DNA from: an uncultured Gammaproteobacteria bacterium
GTDB lineage: Bacteria; Pseudomonadota; Gammaproteobacteria; UBA9214
Assembly (NCBI GenBank): GCA_963773065.1
Contig: CAVYZN010000011.1
Coordinates: 1-64,000 of the forward strand
DNA: 64,000 nt
Direction of reading: 5' to 3'
In this document: positions 21,135-30,209 of the stretch, piece after piece
How positions within the stretch are numbered: position 1 is the first letter of the stretch
How the letters are laid out: each line of letters opens with the position of its first letter
The notes under the pieces: model-generated
Told to the model about the DNA's origin: nothing
Database searches by the model: none
What the model saw: the letters and a program-made list of their open reading frames with translations, nothing else
Made by a program: the position numbers and the translations under genes

Positions 21135-21402
21135 TTGATTTTCCTTTCCGGTTCCAGGGGTCGGTCAACGCAAGATCGCGACATCGGTTGGACCGTTTGA
21201 GCAAAACCCGATGTCAGGGTTTCAGTTATCCGGATATTTAGCCGCCCGGATTCGACGCGGTGTGGCCGTTGACGAATGGCTGGGACTTGCATTCCCCGAA
21301 TCGCAAATCCATTCGCAGAAAGGTCATCCGGACTGACGCTCATCGTTTCCCACACTATGAGATAACGCTATTGCAATAGCGTACGCGACTATCTTCTGTT
21401 GA

Positions 21403-21422
21403 TCTGTACGGTGGCACACAGA
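21403..21422. promoter_or_regulatory. Palindromic TGT-N10-ACA box (CRP/FNR-family geometry); related copies at 20306, 22003, 22038 and 23466
   Basis: TCTGTACGGTGGCACACAGA plus four degenerate copies upstream of neighbouring genes. Confidence 0.6.
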
Positions 21423-21554
21423 ACGCACGGCATTGCATAAGCGCAGGTTCAGAATGGCGCGCCTTGACAGGACGCCTCGTGCAACCCCGGTACCTTGTTG
21501 GTGATGGCCCTGGCGAGAGTGTCAGAAGCCCGCATCACCTGGGGTGTGAGCTAG

Positions 21555-21715
21555 GAGCCTGTCGGACTTAGGATTGATCTACTGCGCTGATGGGAGTGCG
21601 CGCCCATAGTTCCCCGATTTCTCGTTGCATAGAACCACTATGCGCCTCGAAATCGTGAAACTCTGTTCTCGCTCTCCCATCATGCTCGCGACGATCACCT
21701 AAGTCCGACAGGCTC
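21555..21715. mobile_element. MITE (161 bp) with IS5/IS1182-like ends
   Basis: TIR GAGCCTGTCGGACTTAGG...CCTAAGTCCGACAGGCTC flanked by CTAG on both sides. Confidence 0.85.
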
Positions 21716-22257
21716 CTAGCACCTCACTCATTCGCGGCCGGATGGCTGAGCAAACCAGGTGGCTCGTGCCCTAACCCGTTATTGCCGTGACGCTGGAAAC
21801 GGCTAGTTCATGCTGGGCTCGTTCTGGCTGACCATTGTGCTGCAACACTGAATCGGCCTGGTTTTTGCTCGCCGGGCTGATTTTTACAAGCTGTACCAGC
21901 GCAGCCAGGAGCTTCTGAATGCGCTGTCTGGTCGGCTCATCGGTCAGCCTGCCTGCCGTCCTGGTCTGCAAATGAAAAGGATGCCAATGTGTGACGCCCG
22001 GCGCTGGTCGTCAGCGCACATAGGAAAATCGGTGGTCTGTGTGCGTTACCGAACGGAATTAAGGCCGATCCCGGTACATCGTGAATACTGGCTTGTAGCG
22101 TTTTTGCGCTTTGCTTTGTTGTGCCTGCTCAGTATTGATCGCAATTGAGCGTGCCCGGAAAGGCGATGCAGACGGGTCTCGTGGCAACCGGGTAAAACGC
22201 TTCCTCAGGCGACTGCCACCGATGCGTCATCCCCCATCATTTATCGAGGAGAAAACC

Positions 22258-22420
22258 ATGAGATTGGGAGTCATACTGTTGATCGTTCTGATCCTGATGT
22301 TGATCGGCGCCATTCCAACCTGGCTGCACAGCAAGAACTGGGCTAAGGTAAGAGCCCAGTGGTGGGTTGAACTTGATGGTAATCATCGTCTTCGTGCTGC
22401 TGTTACTGGGACTGCTGTGA
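22258..22420 (+). CDS. DUF3309-family small membrane protein (frameshift near 22345)
   Basis: GAGGAG RBS; [18 protein letters not shown], then [21 protein letters not shown] in another frame. Confidence 0.7.
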
Positions 22421-22475
22421 CGGGTCGTTCCCGCCCCACGGTCGGGCAAATGCGACCGCGTTCGTTCGCCCCATC

Positions 22476-22616
22476 GATGTGCTGACCGGTTTCCTCAGCG
22501 AGGAAGGCAGCGCCTTCGGCCGTCCGGTCGGTGTGGCGCTCGACAAGCAGGGCGCCTTGCTCGTGGCAGACGATGTGGGCAATGTGGTCTGGCGGGTGAG
22601 CGCTCGGCAGCGTTAG
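22476..22616 (+). pseudogene. C-terminal remnant of a sorbosone dehydrogenase-family protein
   Basis: [41 protein letters not shown] with no upstream body. Confidence 0.7.
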
Positions 22617-22729
22617 CAGGCTCCAAGCCAAAGGCCGGCAATAATGGCACCGTTTCACATAGGTCTTTGGCTGGCTTTGGGGCAGATAGCCGCAGGTCTG
22701 TTGCGGAATGATCTGCCTGTCAACAGAAG

Positions 22730-23329
22730 TTAGTTCGCCTTCAAACCCTCCAGCATGTTGGACAGGTCATCCGCGTGTTCTTCCTCCATGGCCAGGATGT
22801 CTTCCAACATTCGCCGGGTAGTGACGTCCTTGTCGCCAATATACTGGATCATCTCTCCATAACTGTCGATGGCGATGCGTTCCGCCACCAGGTCTTCCTT
22901 GATCATGCCCACCAGACTGTCGCCCTCCACGTATTCCGCGTGGCTACGCATGGCCAGACCTTCAGGGCTGAAATCTGGCTCGCCCTTGAGCTGCACGATG
23001 CGGGCTGCGATCAAGTCGGCATGGCCCTGTTCCTCGTTGGCATGCACCAGAAACTCCGCAGCCACAGTGTCTGCGTTGATCCCACTGGCCATAAAGTAGT
23101 GACGCTTGTAGCGCAGGACACAGACCAGTTCGGTGGCCAGGGCTTCGTTCAGCAGCTTGATGACCGTACCCCGGTCGGCCCGGTAGGCCGAGGTAACCGC
23201 GCCATCCATGATGTGTTTGCGTGCCCGTTCGCGCAGGGTCTTGATGTCGGTGAGGAAGGGCTTGGCCTGTTCGGATTCGGCAGGCGCGGGGTTCACGCCT
23301 GACTTGGATTTGCTATCGGATTTGGTCAT
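22730..23329 (-). CDS. Ferritin-like/bacterioferritin-like protein
   Basis: LNEALATELVCVLRY, EEQGHAD, EDLVAERIAI, EEEHADDL diiron motifs. Confidence 0.88.
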   Translation of the reverse strand: MTKSDSKSKSGVNPAPAESEQAKPFLTDIKTLRERARKHIMDGAVTSAYRADRGTVIKLLNEALATELVCVLRYKRHYFMASGINADTVAAEFLVHANEEQGHADLIAARIVQLKGEPDFSPEGLAMRSHAEYVEGDSLVGMIKEDLVAERIAIDSYGEMIQYIGDKDVTTRRMLEDILAMEEEHADDLSNMLEGLKAN

Positions 23330-23628
23330 GTCTTGGCTCCTTGGATTATGGGGGTTGTGGAATTGCGATTTGATCGAGGGCGATGTCCAGAATTGTCATG
23401 GCATCGGCAGCCATTCAACGCTCCCGGGCTGAATGTATCCTAGAGTGACGCTAGGCGATTGTCTAGACTGACGGTAGCGCACACAACACGACTGCAAGAC
23501 AGCGTGATAAGAGCCGGGATGTTCATGGCCAACCACGCGGAGTTCGACAATCCTTTCAATCAGTTCACCGGCCTGTACGGCCTTGTCCAGTCCCGGCTCG
23601 CTGTAGCCGAGCAACGTCGCTAAAAGAA

Positions 23629-23706
23629 TTCACCGCCAAGGAGAGAACACAAAGATGTTCTTCAGTAAAATCTATAACTCCGCGTTCTTTGCGTCTCTGC
23701 GGTGAA
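23629..23706. repeat. Hairpin repeat element (CACCGC...GCGTCTCTGCGGTG family) downstream of gltA
   Basis: TTCACCGC...GCGGTGAA inverted ends. Confidence 0.55.
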
Positions 23707-23733
23707 CGGGGTATTCATGGAAAGACCACCGGG

Positions 23734-25023
23734 CTACTTGCGCTCGGACATGGGCACGTAGGCCTGTTCCTTGTTGCCGGTGTAGATCTGGCGCGGGCGC
23801 GCGATCTTGAAGTCCGGGGATTCGTCCTGCTCGCGCCAGTGGGCGATCCAGCCGGGCAGGCGGCCGATGGCGAAGATCACCGTGAACATGTTGGTGGGGA
23901 TGCCGATGGCGCGCAGGATAATGCCGCTGTAGAAGTCCACGTTCGGATAGAGCTGGCGCTCGATGAAGTAGCTGTCGCTCAACGCGATCTCCTCCAGCTT
24001 GCGGGCGATGTTGAGCAGCGGGTCGTTCTGGCCCAGGTAGGCCAGCAGTTTGTCGGCGGTGCGCTGCAGCACCACGGCGCGCGGGTCGAGACTCTTGTAG
24101 ACGCGGTGTCCGAAACCCATCAGCCGCACCTTGCTGTCCTTGTCCTTGGCGAGGCGCACGTATTCCTCGGGGGTGATCCGCCCCTGGTGGATTTCTTCCA
24201 GCATGTGCAGGACCTGGGCGTTGGCGCCCCCGTGCAGGGGGCCCCACAGCGCGCACACGCCGGCGGCGCAGGAGGCGAACAGGTTGGCCTTGCTGGAGCC
24301 GACCATGCGCACGGTCGAGGTGCTGCAGTTCTGCTCGTGGTCGGCATGCAGGATCAGCACCAGGTTGAGGGCGTCGCGCACGCCGTCATCGCAAATGAAC
24401 TGATTGTACGGCTGGGTGAACATCATGTGCAGGAAGTTGACCACGTAGGGGAGCCGCGTGTCGGGATAGATATAGGGGAACCCGCGCGAGCGGCGGTAGG
24501 CGAACGCCGCGATGGTCCTGACCTTGCTGATGAGCCGGGCGGCGGCCCCTTCGAGTTTGGCGGGGTCATCCAATTCATGGAACTCCGGATGGAAACAGGA
24601 CAGGGCATTGATCATGGCGGAGAGGATCGCCATGGGGGGCGCCGTGCGCGGGAAGCCCTGGAAGTTGTTCTTCATGGACTCGTCGATATTCGCATTGTTG
24701 CTCAACTGCTCGCTGAAATTGGCATAGTCCTTCGCCGTGGGCAGGCGCCCGAAGATCAGCAGCCAGACCACTTCGACGAAATTGGGGTTGTCCTCGAACT
24801 GCTCGATCGGGATGCCGCGGTAGCGCAGGATGCCCCGCTCGCCGTCGATGTAGGTGATGGCGCTCTCGCAGCTCCCGGTGTTGCCGTAACCGGGATCGAA
24901 CGTGACCAGCCCGGTGTTGCTGCGCAGCTTGCGGATGTCGATGGCCCGTTCGCCCTCCGTGCCCTGCATGAGCGGGATCTCGTACTGCTGGCCGCCATAG
25001 TCAATTGTCAGCTTGTCGGTCAT
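23734..25023 (-). CDS. gltA: Citrate synthase
   Basis: HADHEQNCST, LWGPLHGGAN, LMGFGHRVYK, YPNVDFYSG. Confidence 0.95.
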   Translation of the reverse strand: MTDKLTIDYGGQQYEIPLMQGTEGERAIDIRKLRSNTGLVTFDPGYGNTGSCESAITYIDGERGILRYRGIPIEQFEDNPNFVEVVWLLIFGRLPTAKDYANFSEQLSNNANIDESMKNNFQGFPRTAPPMAILSAMINALSCFHPEFHELDDPAKLEGAAARLISKVRTIAAFAYRRSRGFPYIYPDTRLPYVVNFLHMMFTQPYNQFICDDGVRDALNLVLILHADHEQNCSTSTVRMVGSSKANLFASCAAGVCALWGPLHGGANAQVLHMLEEIHQGRITPEEYVRLAKDKDSKVRLMGFGHRVYKSLDPRAVVLQRTADKLLAYLGQNDPLLNIARKLEEIALSDSYFIERQLYPNVDFYSGIILRAIGIPTNMFTVIFAIGRLPGWIAHWREQDESPDFKIARPRQIYTGNKEQAYVPMSERK

Positions 25024-25271
25024 GGATAGTCTCCGTTATCAGTTGAGGCCGGGGGCAGTGCCATTGAACCAGCATACCACCGGCGCGACCGGGAGGTGAT
25101 GCTCCAGACGGAGACCGGGCAGCGGCGCGCGGCGGCCATCGCCCCTGTCACAAGCCGGCGCGGGTCCGCCTGACGCATCCACCGGGTATTGATGCCGCCG
25201 GAATGAATCGCTTTATCAATCAAGCCGGGAGGCCATATAATGTGTGGCCGATTCTGTTACAGCAAGGTTAT

Positions 25272-25383
25272 GGCGGCTTGTGCCGGTCCCCTCGCGACGA
25301 TAAGCTGTGAACCCCGTCAGGCCCGGAAGGGAGCAGCGGCAGCAGTGGACTCGGGCGCCGGGGTGTGGCTGGTACAGGTCGCC
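25272..25383 (+). ncRNA. ffs: Signal recognition particle 4.5S RNA
   Basis: Conserved helix-8 TCAGGCCCGGAAGGGAGCAGC; pairing ends GGCGGCTTGTGCCGG/CTGGTACAGGTCGCC; upstream of dnaX. Confidence 0.9.
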
Positions 25384-25439
25384 TCTCATACTCCCGCCAC
25401 TCCTTAAGAAGTGGAGCAGTTGGACAAACACATCCTGTC

Positions 25440-27098
25440 ATGAGTTATCAAGTCCTGGCGCGCAAATGGCGTCCCCGCACGTTCGGTGAACTGGTCGGAC
25501 AGGAGCACGTCCAGCGGGCGCTGATCAACGCCCTGGACCATGACCGCCTGCATCATGCCTATCTCTTCACCGGCACGCGCGGGGTAGGCAAGACCACCAT
25601 CGCGCGCATCTACGCGAAATCCCTCAACTGCGAGGCGGGCGTCAGTTCCACGCCGTGCGGGAAGTGCGGCGCTTGCCGGGAAATCGACGCGGGGCGGTTT
25701 GTCGATCTTGTAGAAGTGGACGCCGCCTCGCGCACCAAGGTCGAGGATACGCGCGAACTGCTGGAGAACGTGCAGTACTCGCCGACCCTGGGTCGCTACA
25801 AGGTTTATCTCATCGACGAGGTGCACATGCTGTCGACGCACAGCTTCAATGCCCTGCTGAAAACGCTCGAGGAACCGCCGCCGCACGTCAAGTTCCTGCT
25901 GGCCACCACCGAGCCGCAGAAGCTGCCGGTCACCATCCTGTCGCGCTGTCTGCAATTCAACCTGAAGAGCCTGTCCGTACCCCAGATCACGGGACAGCTC
26001 GAGGCCATACTCGCTAAGGAGGGGGTCGAGTCCGACGCCGGCTCGCTCCGGCAACTGGCGTTTGCCGCCCATGGCAGCATGCGCGATGCGCTCAGCCTGC
26101 TGGATCAGGCCATTGCCTACGGGGGCGGCGCGCTGCGGGAGGCCGAGGTGAGCGCGATGCTCGGCACCATCGACCGGGATGTGGTTTACCGGCTGCTCGA
26201 TGCGCTGGCGGCCAACGACGCGGCCGGTCTGCTCGGTGAAGTCGGCCGGGCCGATGAGTTCACGCCCGACTATGCGGCGCTGCTGGCCGAACTCCTGTCC
26301 GTGCTGCAGCGCATCGCGGTCGCCCAGGCGCTGCCGGATGCCATCGACGACAGCCTCGGTGACCGCGATGCGGTCATCGGGCTTGCCGGCAGGTTCTCCC
26401 CCGAAGACGTGCAGCTCTATTACCAGATCGGCCTGATCGGGCGGCGTGACCTGTCGCTCGCGCCTGAACCCCGCGGCGGATTCGAGATGGCGATGCTGCG
26501 GATGCTGGCCTTCCGGCCCCGGGCCGCCGGCGAGGCCGCGGCGGCGCAACCCGCAACCACCGCGCGCGACGGCGCCGGGGGCGCGCCGCCCCGCAAGGCC
26601 GGCGCGGCCGTGCGGTCCCGGGCGATGCCCGAAACTGCCGGGAAAGCGGTGCGCGAGGCCGCCCCTGAAACAGTCCCCGAGGCCGCGCGTGTAACCGTTC
26701 CCGAAACGCGTCCTGCCGCGGAGGAATGGCTGCCGTTGATCGAGCGGCTCGACCTCAAGGGGATGGCGCGGGAGCTTGCCTTGAACTGCGCGCCGCGGGA
26801 GGTCGCGGACGAGGCGATGGTGCTCACTGTTGACCCGGCCCATGCCCATCTGCTGAACGAGGCGCGCGGCGAGCAGATCGAACAGGCTCTCACCCGGCAT
26901 TACGGCCGCCCGATCAGGCTGAAGATCCTCAAGGAAGGCGCGCTCACGGGTGATACCCCGGCGCGCCGGCAGGCGCGTGAGCGTGAAGCGCGCAAGCGGG
27001 AGGCCATCCAGTCGATCGAAGCCGATGAGAACGTCAAGGCATTGCAGGACGCCTTCGGCGCGACGGTGAACTACGACTCGATACGCCCGCGTGATTGA
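25440..27098 (+). CDS. dnaX: DNA polymerase III subunit gamma/tau
   Basis: MSYQVLARKWRP, GTRGVGKTT, DEVHML. Confidence 0.97.
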   Translation: MSYQVLARKWRPRTFGELVGQEHVQRALINALDHDRLHHAYLFTGTRGVGKTTIARIYAKSLNCEAGVSSTPCGKCGACREIDAGRFVDLVEVDAASRTKVEDTRELLENVQYSPTLGRYKVYLIDEVHMLSTHSFNALLKTLEEPPPHVKFLLATTEPQKLPVTILSRCLQFNLKSLSVPQITGQLEAILAKEGVESDAGSLRQLAFAAHGSMRDALSLLDQAIAYGGGALREAEVSAMLGTIDRDVVYRLLDALAANDAAGLLGEVGRADEFTPDYAALLAELLSVLQRIAVAQALPDAIDDSLGDRDAVIGLAGRFSPEDVQLYYQIGLIGRRDLSLAPEPRGGFEMAMLRMLAFRPRAAGEAAAAQPATTARDGAGGAPPRKAGAAVRSRAMPETAGKAVREAAPETVPEAARVTVPETRPAAEEWLPLIERLDLKGMARELALNCAPREVADEAMVLTVDPAHAHLLNEARGEQIEQALTRHYGRPIRLKILKEGALTGDTPARRQAREREARKREAIQSIEADENVKALQDAFGATVNYDSIRPRD

Positions 27099-27164
27099 GA
27101 GATGCGGCGCTCGGCGTGGCAAGGGTATTGAATTCAGACGATTCAGGAGATCGAGGAAATCACG

Positions 27165-27488
27165 ATGAAAGGCGGATTGGGTAATTTGATGAAGCAGGCC
27201 CAGGAAATGCAGGCCAATATGCAGAAGGCGCAGGAAGAGCTTGCCCGGCTGGAGGTGAGCGGCCAGTCCGGCGGCGGGCTGGTCACGGTCATCATGACGG
27301 GCCAGCATGAGGTCCGTCGCGTCAGCATCGATGACAGCCTGCTCGGCGATGACAAGGACATGCTGGAAGATCTGGTGGCGGCGGCCATCAACGATGCGGT
27401 CCACAAGGTGCAAGCCACGACCCAGGAGCGTTTTGCCAGCCTCGCCGGCGGCCTCAGCCTGCCCCCGGGCATCAAATTGCCGTTCTGA
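27165..27488 (+). CDS. ybaB: YbaB/EbfC nucleoid-associated protein
   Basis: MKQAQEMQ...[13 protein letters not shown]; dnaX-ybaB-recR synteny. Confidence 0.95.
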   Translation: MKGGLGNLMKQAQEMQANMQKAQEELARLEVSGQSGGGLVTVIMTGQHEVRRVSIDDSLLGDDKDMLEDLVAAAINDAVHKVQATTQERFASLAGGLSLPPGIKLPF

Positions 27489-27491
27489 AGC

Positions 27492-28088
27492 ATGAACGGC
27501 TCGCGCCTGATCGGACAGTTGATGGAAGCGTTGCGCGCGCTGCCGGGCGTGGGTCCGAAATCCGCGCAGCGCATGGCCTATCACCTGCTGGAGCGCGACC
27601 GCGACGGCGGCCGCCGGCTCTCGGCGGTGCTGCAACAGGCCATGGAACGCGTCGGTCATTGCCGGGAATGCCGCACCCTGAGCGAGGAGGAGCTGTGCGC
27701 CCTGTGCGCCAGCGGGCGGCGCGACCGCAGCCAGTTGTGCGTGGTCGAGACCCCGGCCGATGTGCTCGCGCTCGAGCACTCGACCGGTTACCAGGGCTTG
27801 TACTTCGTGCTGATGGGACATCTTTCCCCGCTGGACGGGATCGGGCCGGACGAACTCGGTCTGGATATCCTGGAAGCGAGGCTGCGAAGCGGCGAAGCGC
27901 GGGAAGTCATACTGGCGACGAATCCCACGGTCGAAGGTGAGGCCACCGCGCACTACATCGGTGAAATGGCGCACGCCCACGGCATACGCGCCACCCGCAT
28001 CGCGCACGGCGTGCCCATGGGCGGGGAGCTGGAATACATCGACGGCAATACCCTGTCGCACGCCTTCGCGGGACGCCGGGAAGTCTAG
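27492..28088 (+). CDS. recR: Recombination mediator RecR
   Basis: [12 protein letters not shown]4 zinc finger, [12 protein letters not shown]. Confidence 0.97.
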   Translation: MNGSRLIGQLMEALRALPGVGPKSAQRMAYHLLERDRDGGRRLSAVLQQAMERVGHCRECRTLSEEELCALCASGRRDRSQLCVVETPADVLALEHSTGYQGLYFVLMGHLSPLDGIGPDELGLDILEARLRSGEAREVILATNPTVEGEATAHYIGEMAHAHGIRATRIAHGVPMGGELEYIDGNTLSHAFAGRREV

Positions 28089-28111
28089 CCAGGATTACCG
28101 CCAGTTACGCA

Positions 28112-28162
28112 AAAAGGGACATTCTGCTTTTCTCAATGGAGAAAAGCAGAATGTCCCCTTTT
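28112..28162. repeat. Palindromic repeat element, GGGACATTCTG...CAGAATGTCCCC family (copy 2)
   Basis: AAAAGGGACATTCTGCTTTTCTC-AATG-GAGAAAAGCAGAATGTCCCCTTTT. Confidence 0.75.
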
Positions 28163-28198
28163 CCCTTTGCCCTCATTTTATCCCTACTAGGGGTGGTT

Positions 28199-28543
28199 AT
28201 GGCGAAGTGTATCTTCTGCAAGATGGTCGATGGCGAGATCCAGCCGGATGTGGTGTACGAAGACGAGGATATCCTTGCCTTCCGCGATGCGAACCCGCAG
28301 TCACCCACGCATGTGCTGGTGATCCCGAAGGAGCACATCGCGACCACCAACGATCTGGATGACCGCAATGTCGATATCGTCGGCAAGCTCATCCTGGCGG
28401 CCAAGCAGGTGGCCGCGGACGAGGGGATCGCGGAGCGCGGCTATCGGATAGTCATGAACTGCAACCCGGAGGCGGGCCAGTCCGTCTACCATCTGCATCT
28501 GCATCTGATGGGCGGGCGTCCGATGAACTGGCCGCCGGGCTGA
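28199..28543 (+). CDS. hinT: Histidine triad nucleotide-binding protein
   Basis: CIFCK...HLHLHLMGGR. Confidence 0.93.
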   Translation: MAKCIFCKMVDGEIQPDVVYEDEDILAFRDANPQSPTHVLVIPKEHIATTNDLDDRNVDIVGKLILAAKQVAADEGIAERGYRIVMNCNPEAGQSVYHLHLHLMGGRPMNWPPG

Positions 28544-28552
28544 TGGGCGGTT

Positions 28553-29516
28553 TCAGTGACCGCCGGCGCTCTCGCCGTTCACGAGACCCCGGTAACTCGC
28601 CAGCCGGCGTTCGCCGATGGCGCCCTGGCGCAGCGCCTCCTTGACGGCGCAGCCGGGTTCCGACAGGTGGCGGCAATCCTGAAATCGGCACAGCCCCAGG
28701 TAAGAGCGAAATTCACGGAAACCGCGGGCCGGATCGGCGGCGGCGCTTTCCCCCAGCCTGAAGTCGCGCACCCCCGGAGAGTCGATCAGGTCGCCGCCCT
28801 GGGGCAGGTGGTAGAGCGTCGTGGTCGTGGTGGTATGGCGGCCCTGGCCGGAGGCGTCGGAAAGTTTTCCGATCAGGATCTCCAGTTCCGGCAACAGGCG
28901 CTTGATCAACGAGGATTTGCCGACGCCGGACTGGCCGACCAGTATGCTGGTCTTGCCGGCCAGCGCCTTCCCCAGTTCGCCGATGCCGGTATTCTTCAGC
29001 GCAGAGGTAAACAGGGTGCCATAACCGATGGCCGCATATTCACGCACGCTATCGGCCAGCGTGGCGTGAGCCCGCGGGTCGAGCAGGTCGAATTTGTTGA
29101 TGACCAGGAGCGGCGTGGCGCCGGCCAGCTCGGCGGCGACCAGGTACTTGTCGATGAGGAACGGGTCCAACGCCGGCTGTGGCGCCGCCACGATGAGGAT
29201 CTGGTCGATATTGGCGGCCAGCGCGCGGGTCTTGTGCGCGCCGTCGGCGCGTTCCAGCACCGTGTGACGCGGCTCGATCGCGTCGATGACGCCTTCCTGC
29301 ACCCCGACAGGCTCCCAGGCGACCCGGTCACCGCTGACGATCGGCTGCAGCTTGCGCCGCGCCACGCAGCGATAGAGGCGTCTGCCTGCCGTCTTCGACC
29401 AGCAGGGACTTGCCGTAATTGACGATGACCAGACCGGTTTGCCGGCGTGTCGAAGGGGCATCGCCGCGGTCTGTGCCGGTGGTTATGGTTTCTGCTACGC
29501 GCTTTGCGGCAGGCAT
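28553..29516 (-). CDS. rsgA: Ribosome small subunit-dependent GTPase; frameshift near 29380
   Basis: NKFD, GQSGVGKSS, GRHTTT, DSPG, CRFQDCRHLSEPGC; N-terminus in ORF 29328-29516. Confidence 0.92.
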
Positions 29517-29575
29517 GCCAGATCGAAGTAATACCGGGAACGGATCACCGGTCCCGTGGGGTGCTGACGGCGGGG

Positions 29576-29920
29576 TCAGCCCGCATCCGGCAGCAGGTCA
29601 TCGACACGGGCGGCGCAGATGAAGTCGTTTTCGGACAGGCCGCCGACGGCATGGGTGCTGTAGCGCACCAGGCAGCGGTTATAACCGACCTCCAGGTCGG
29701 GGTGGTGGTCCTCGCCATGGGCAATCCAGGCCAGCGCGTTGACAAAAGCCAGGGTCTGGTAATAGTTCTTGAAGCGGAAGGTGCGGCTGATCGCCTTGCC
29801 GTCCCCGGCTATCGACCAGCCGGCGTTAAGCTGCGCGAGCAGTCTGCCGGCCTGTTCGCCGTCGAGCGGCGGCGTCCCGGCCTGGCAGGGTATGCAATGC
29901 CTGTTTTGCAGCTCAGCCAT
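29576..29920 (-). CDS. phhB: Pterin-4-alpha-carbinolamine dehydratase
   Basis: EDHHPDL...STHAVGGLSENDFICAA. Confidence 0.92.
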   Translation of the reverse strand: MAELQNRHCIPCQAGTPPLDGEQAGRLLAQLNAGWSIAGDGKAISRTFRFKNYYQTLAFVNALAWIAHGEDHHPDLEVGYNRCLVRYSTHAVGGLSENDFICAARVDDLLPDAG

Positions 29921-29933
29921 CGTTACCTCGCGT

Positions 29934-30209
29934 TCACTTGAAATGATAATAGGTCTGGTTCAGATAGGCGGCAACATCGTCGATTTCATCGTCAAACCAC
30001 TTGAGGCCCAGCGACAGTTCGCAGCGGCTGACCTGTTTGTGTAGTCCGTCCAGGGTCGTGACGCGATGGTCCGGTCGTGTATAAATACGCTCGTCATGGC
30101 ACTTCGTGCAGTTGCCGGCCACGAGCGCCTTGCCGTTCTCGATGTCGGCGACCGCCGGCGCCGCGGCCAGCAGGCAGGCGGCGAGGGTGAACAGGGACGA
30201 TGATTTCAT
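29934..30209 (-). CDS. Small periplasmic monoheme cytochrome c (green-heme-protein-like)
   Basis: Signal peptide; CTKCH; QVSRC; WFDDEIDDVAAYLN. Confidence 0.8.
   Translation of the reverse strand: MKSSSLFTLAACLLAAAPAVADIENGKALVAGNCTKCHDERIYTRPDHRVTTLDGLHKQVSRCELSLGLKWFDDEIDDVAAYLNQTYYHFK

Noticed and set aside
21771-21971. 66-aa minus-strand ORF
   Set aside because: No recognizable motif or clear RBS; may be a remnant. The box at 22003 faces it, but that is not enough to call a gene.
15560-23700. Integron cassette array or prophage
   Set aside because: No integrase, no repeated attC sites with RYYYAAC/GTTRRRY ends recognized, genes in mixed orientation, no phage genes.
25440-27098. Programmed -1 frameshift site in dnaX
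   Set aside because: No A-AAA-AAG or poly-A slippery run was seen in the linker region.
25404-28061. 885-aa antisense ORF, and similar long antisense ORFs at 11580-13340, 40313-41629 and 58014-59696
   Set aside because: Shadow frames of GC-rich genes with strong codon bias; no recognizable motifs.
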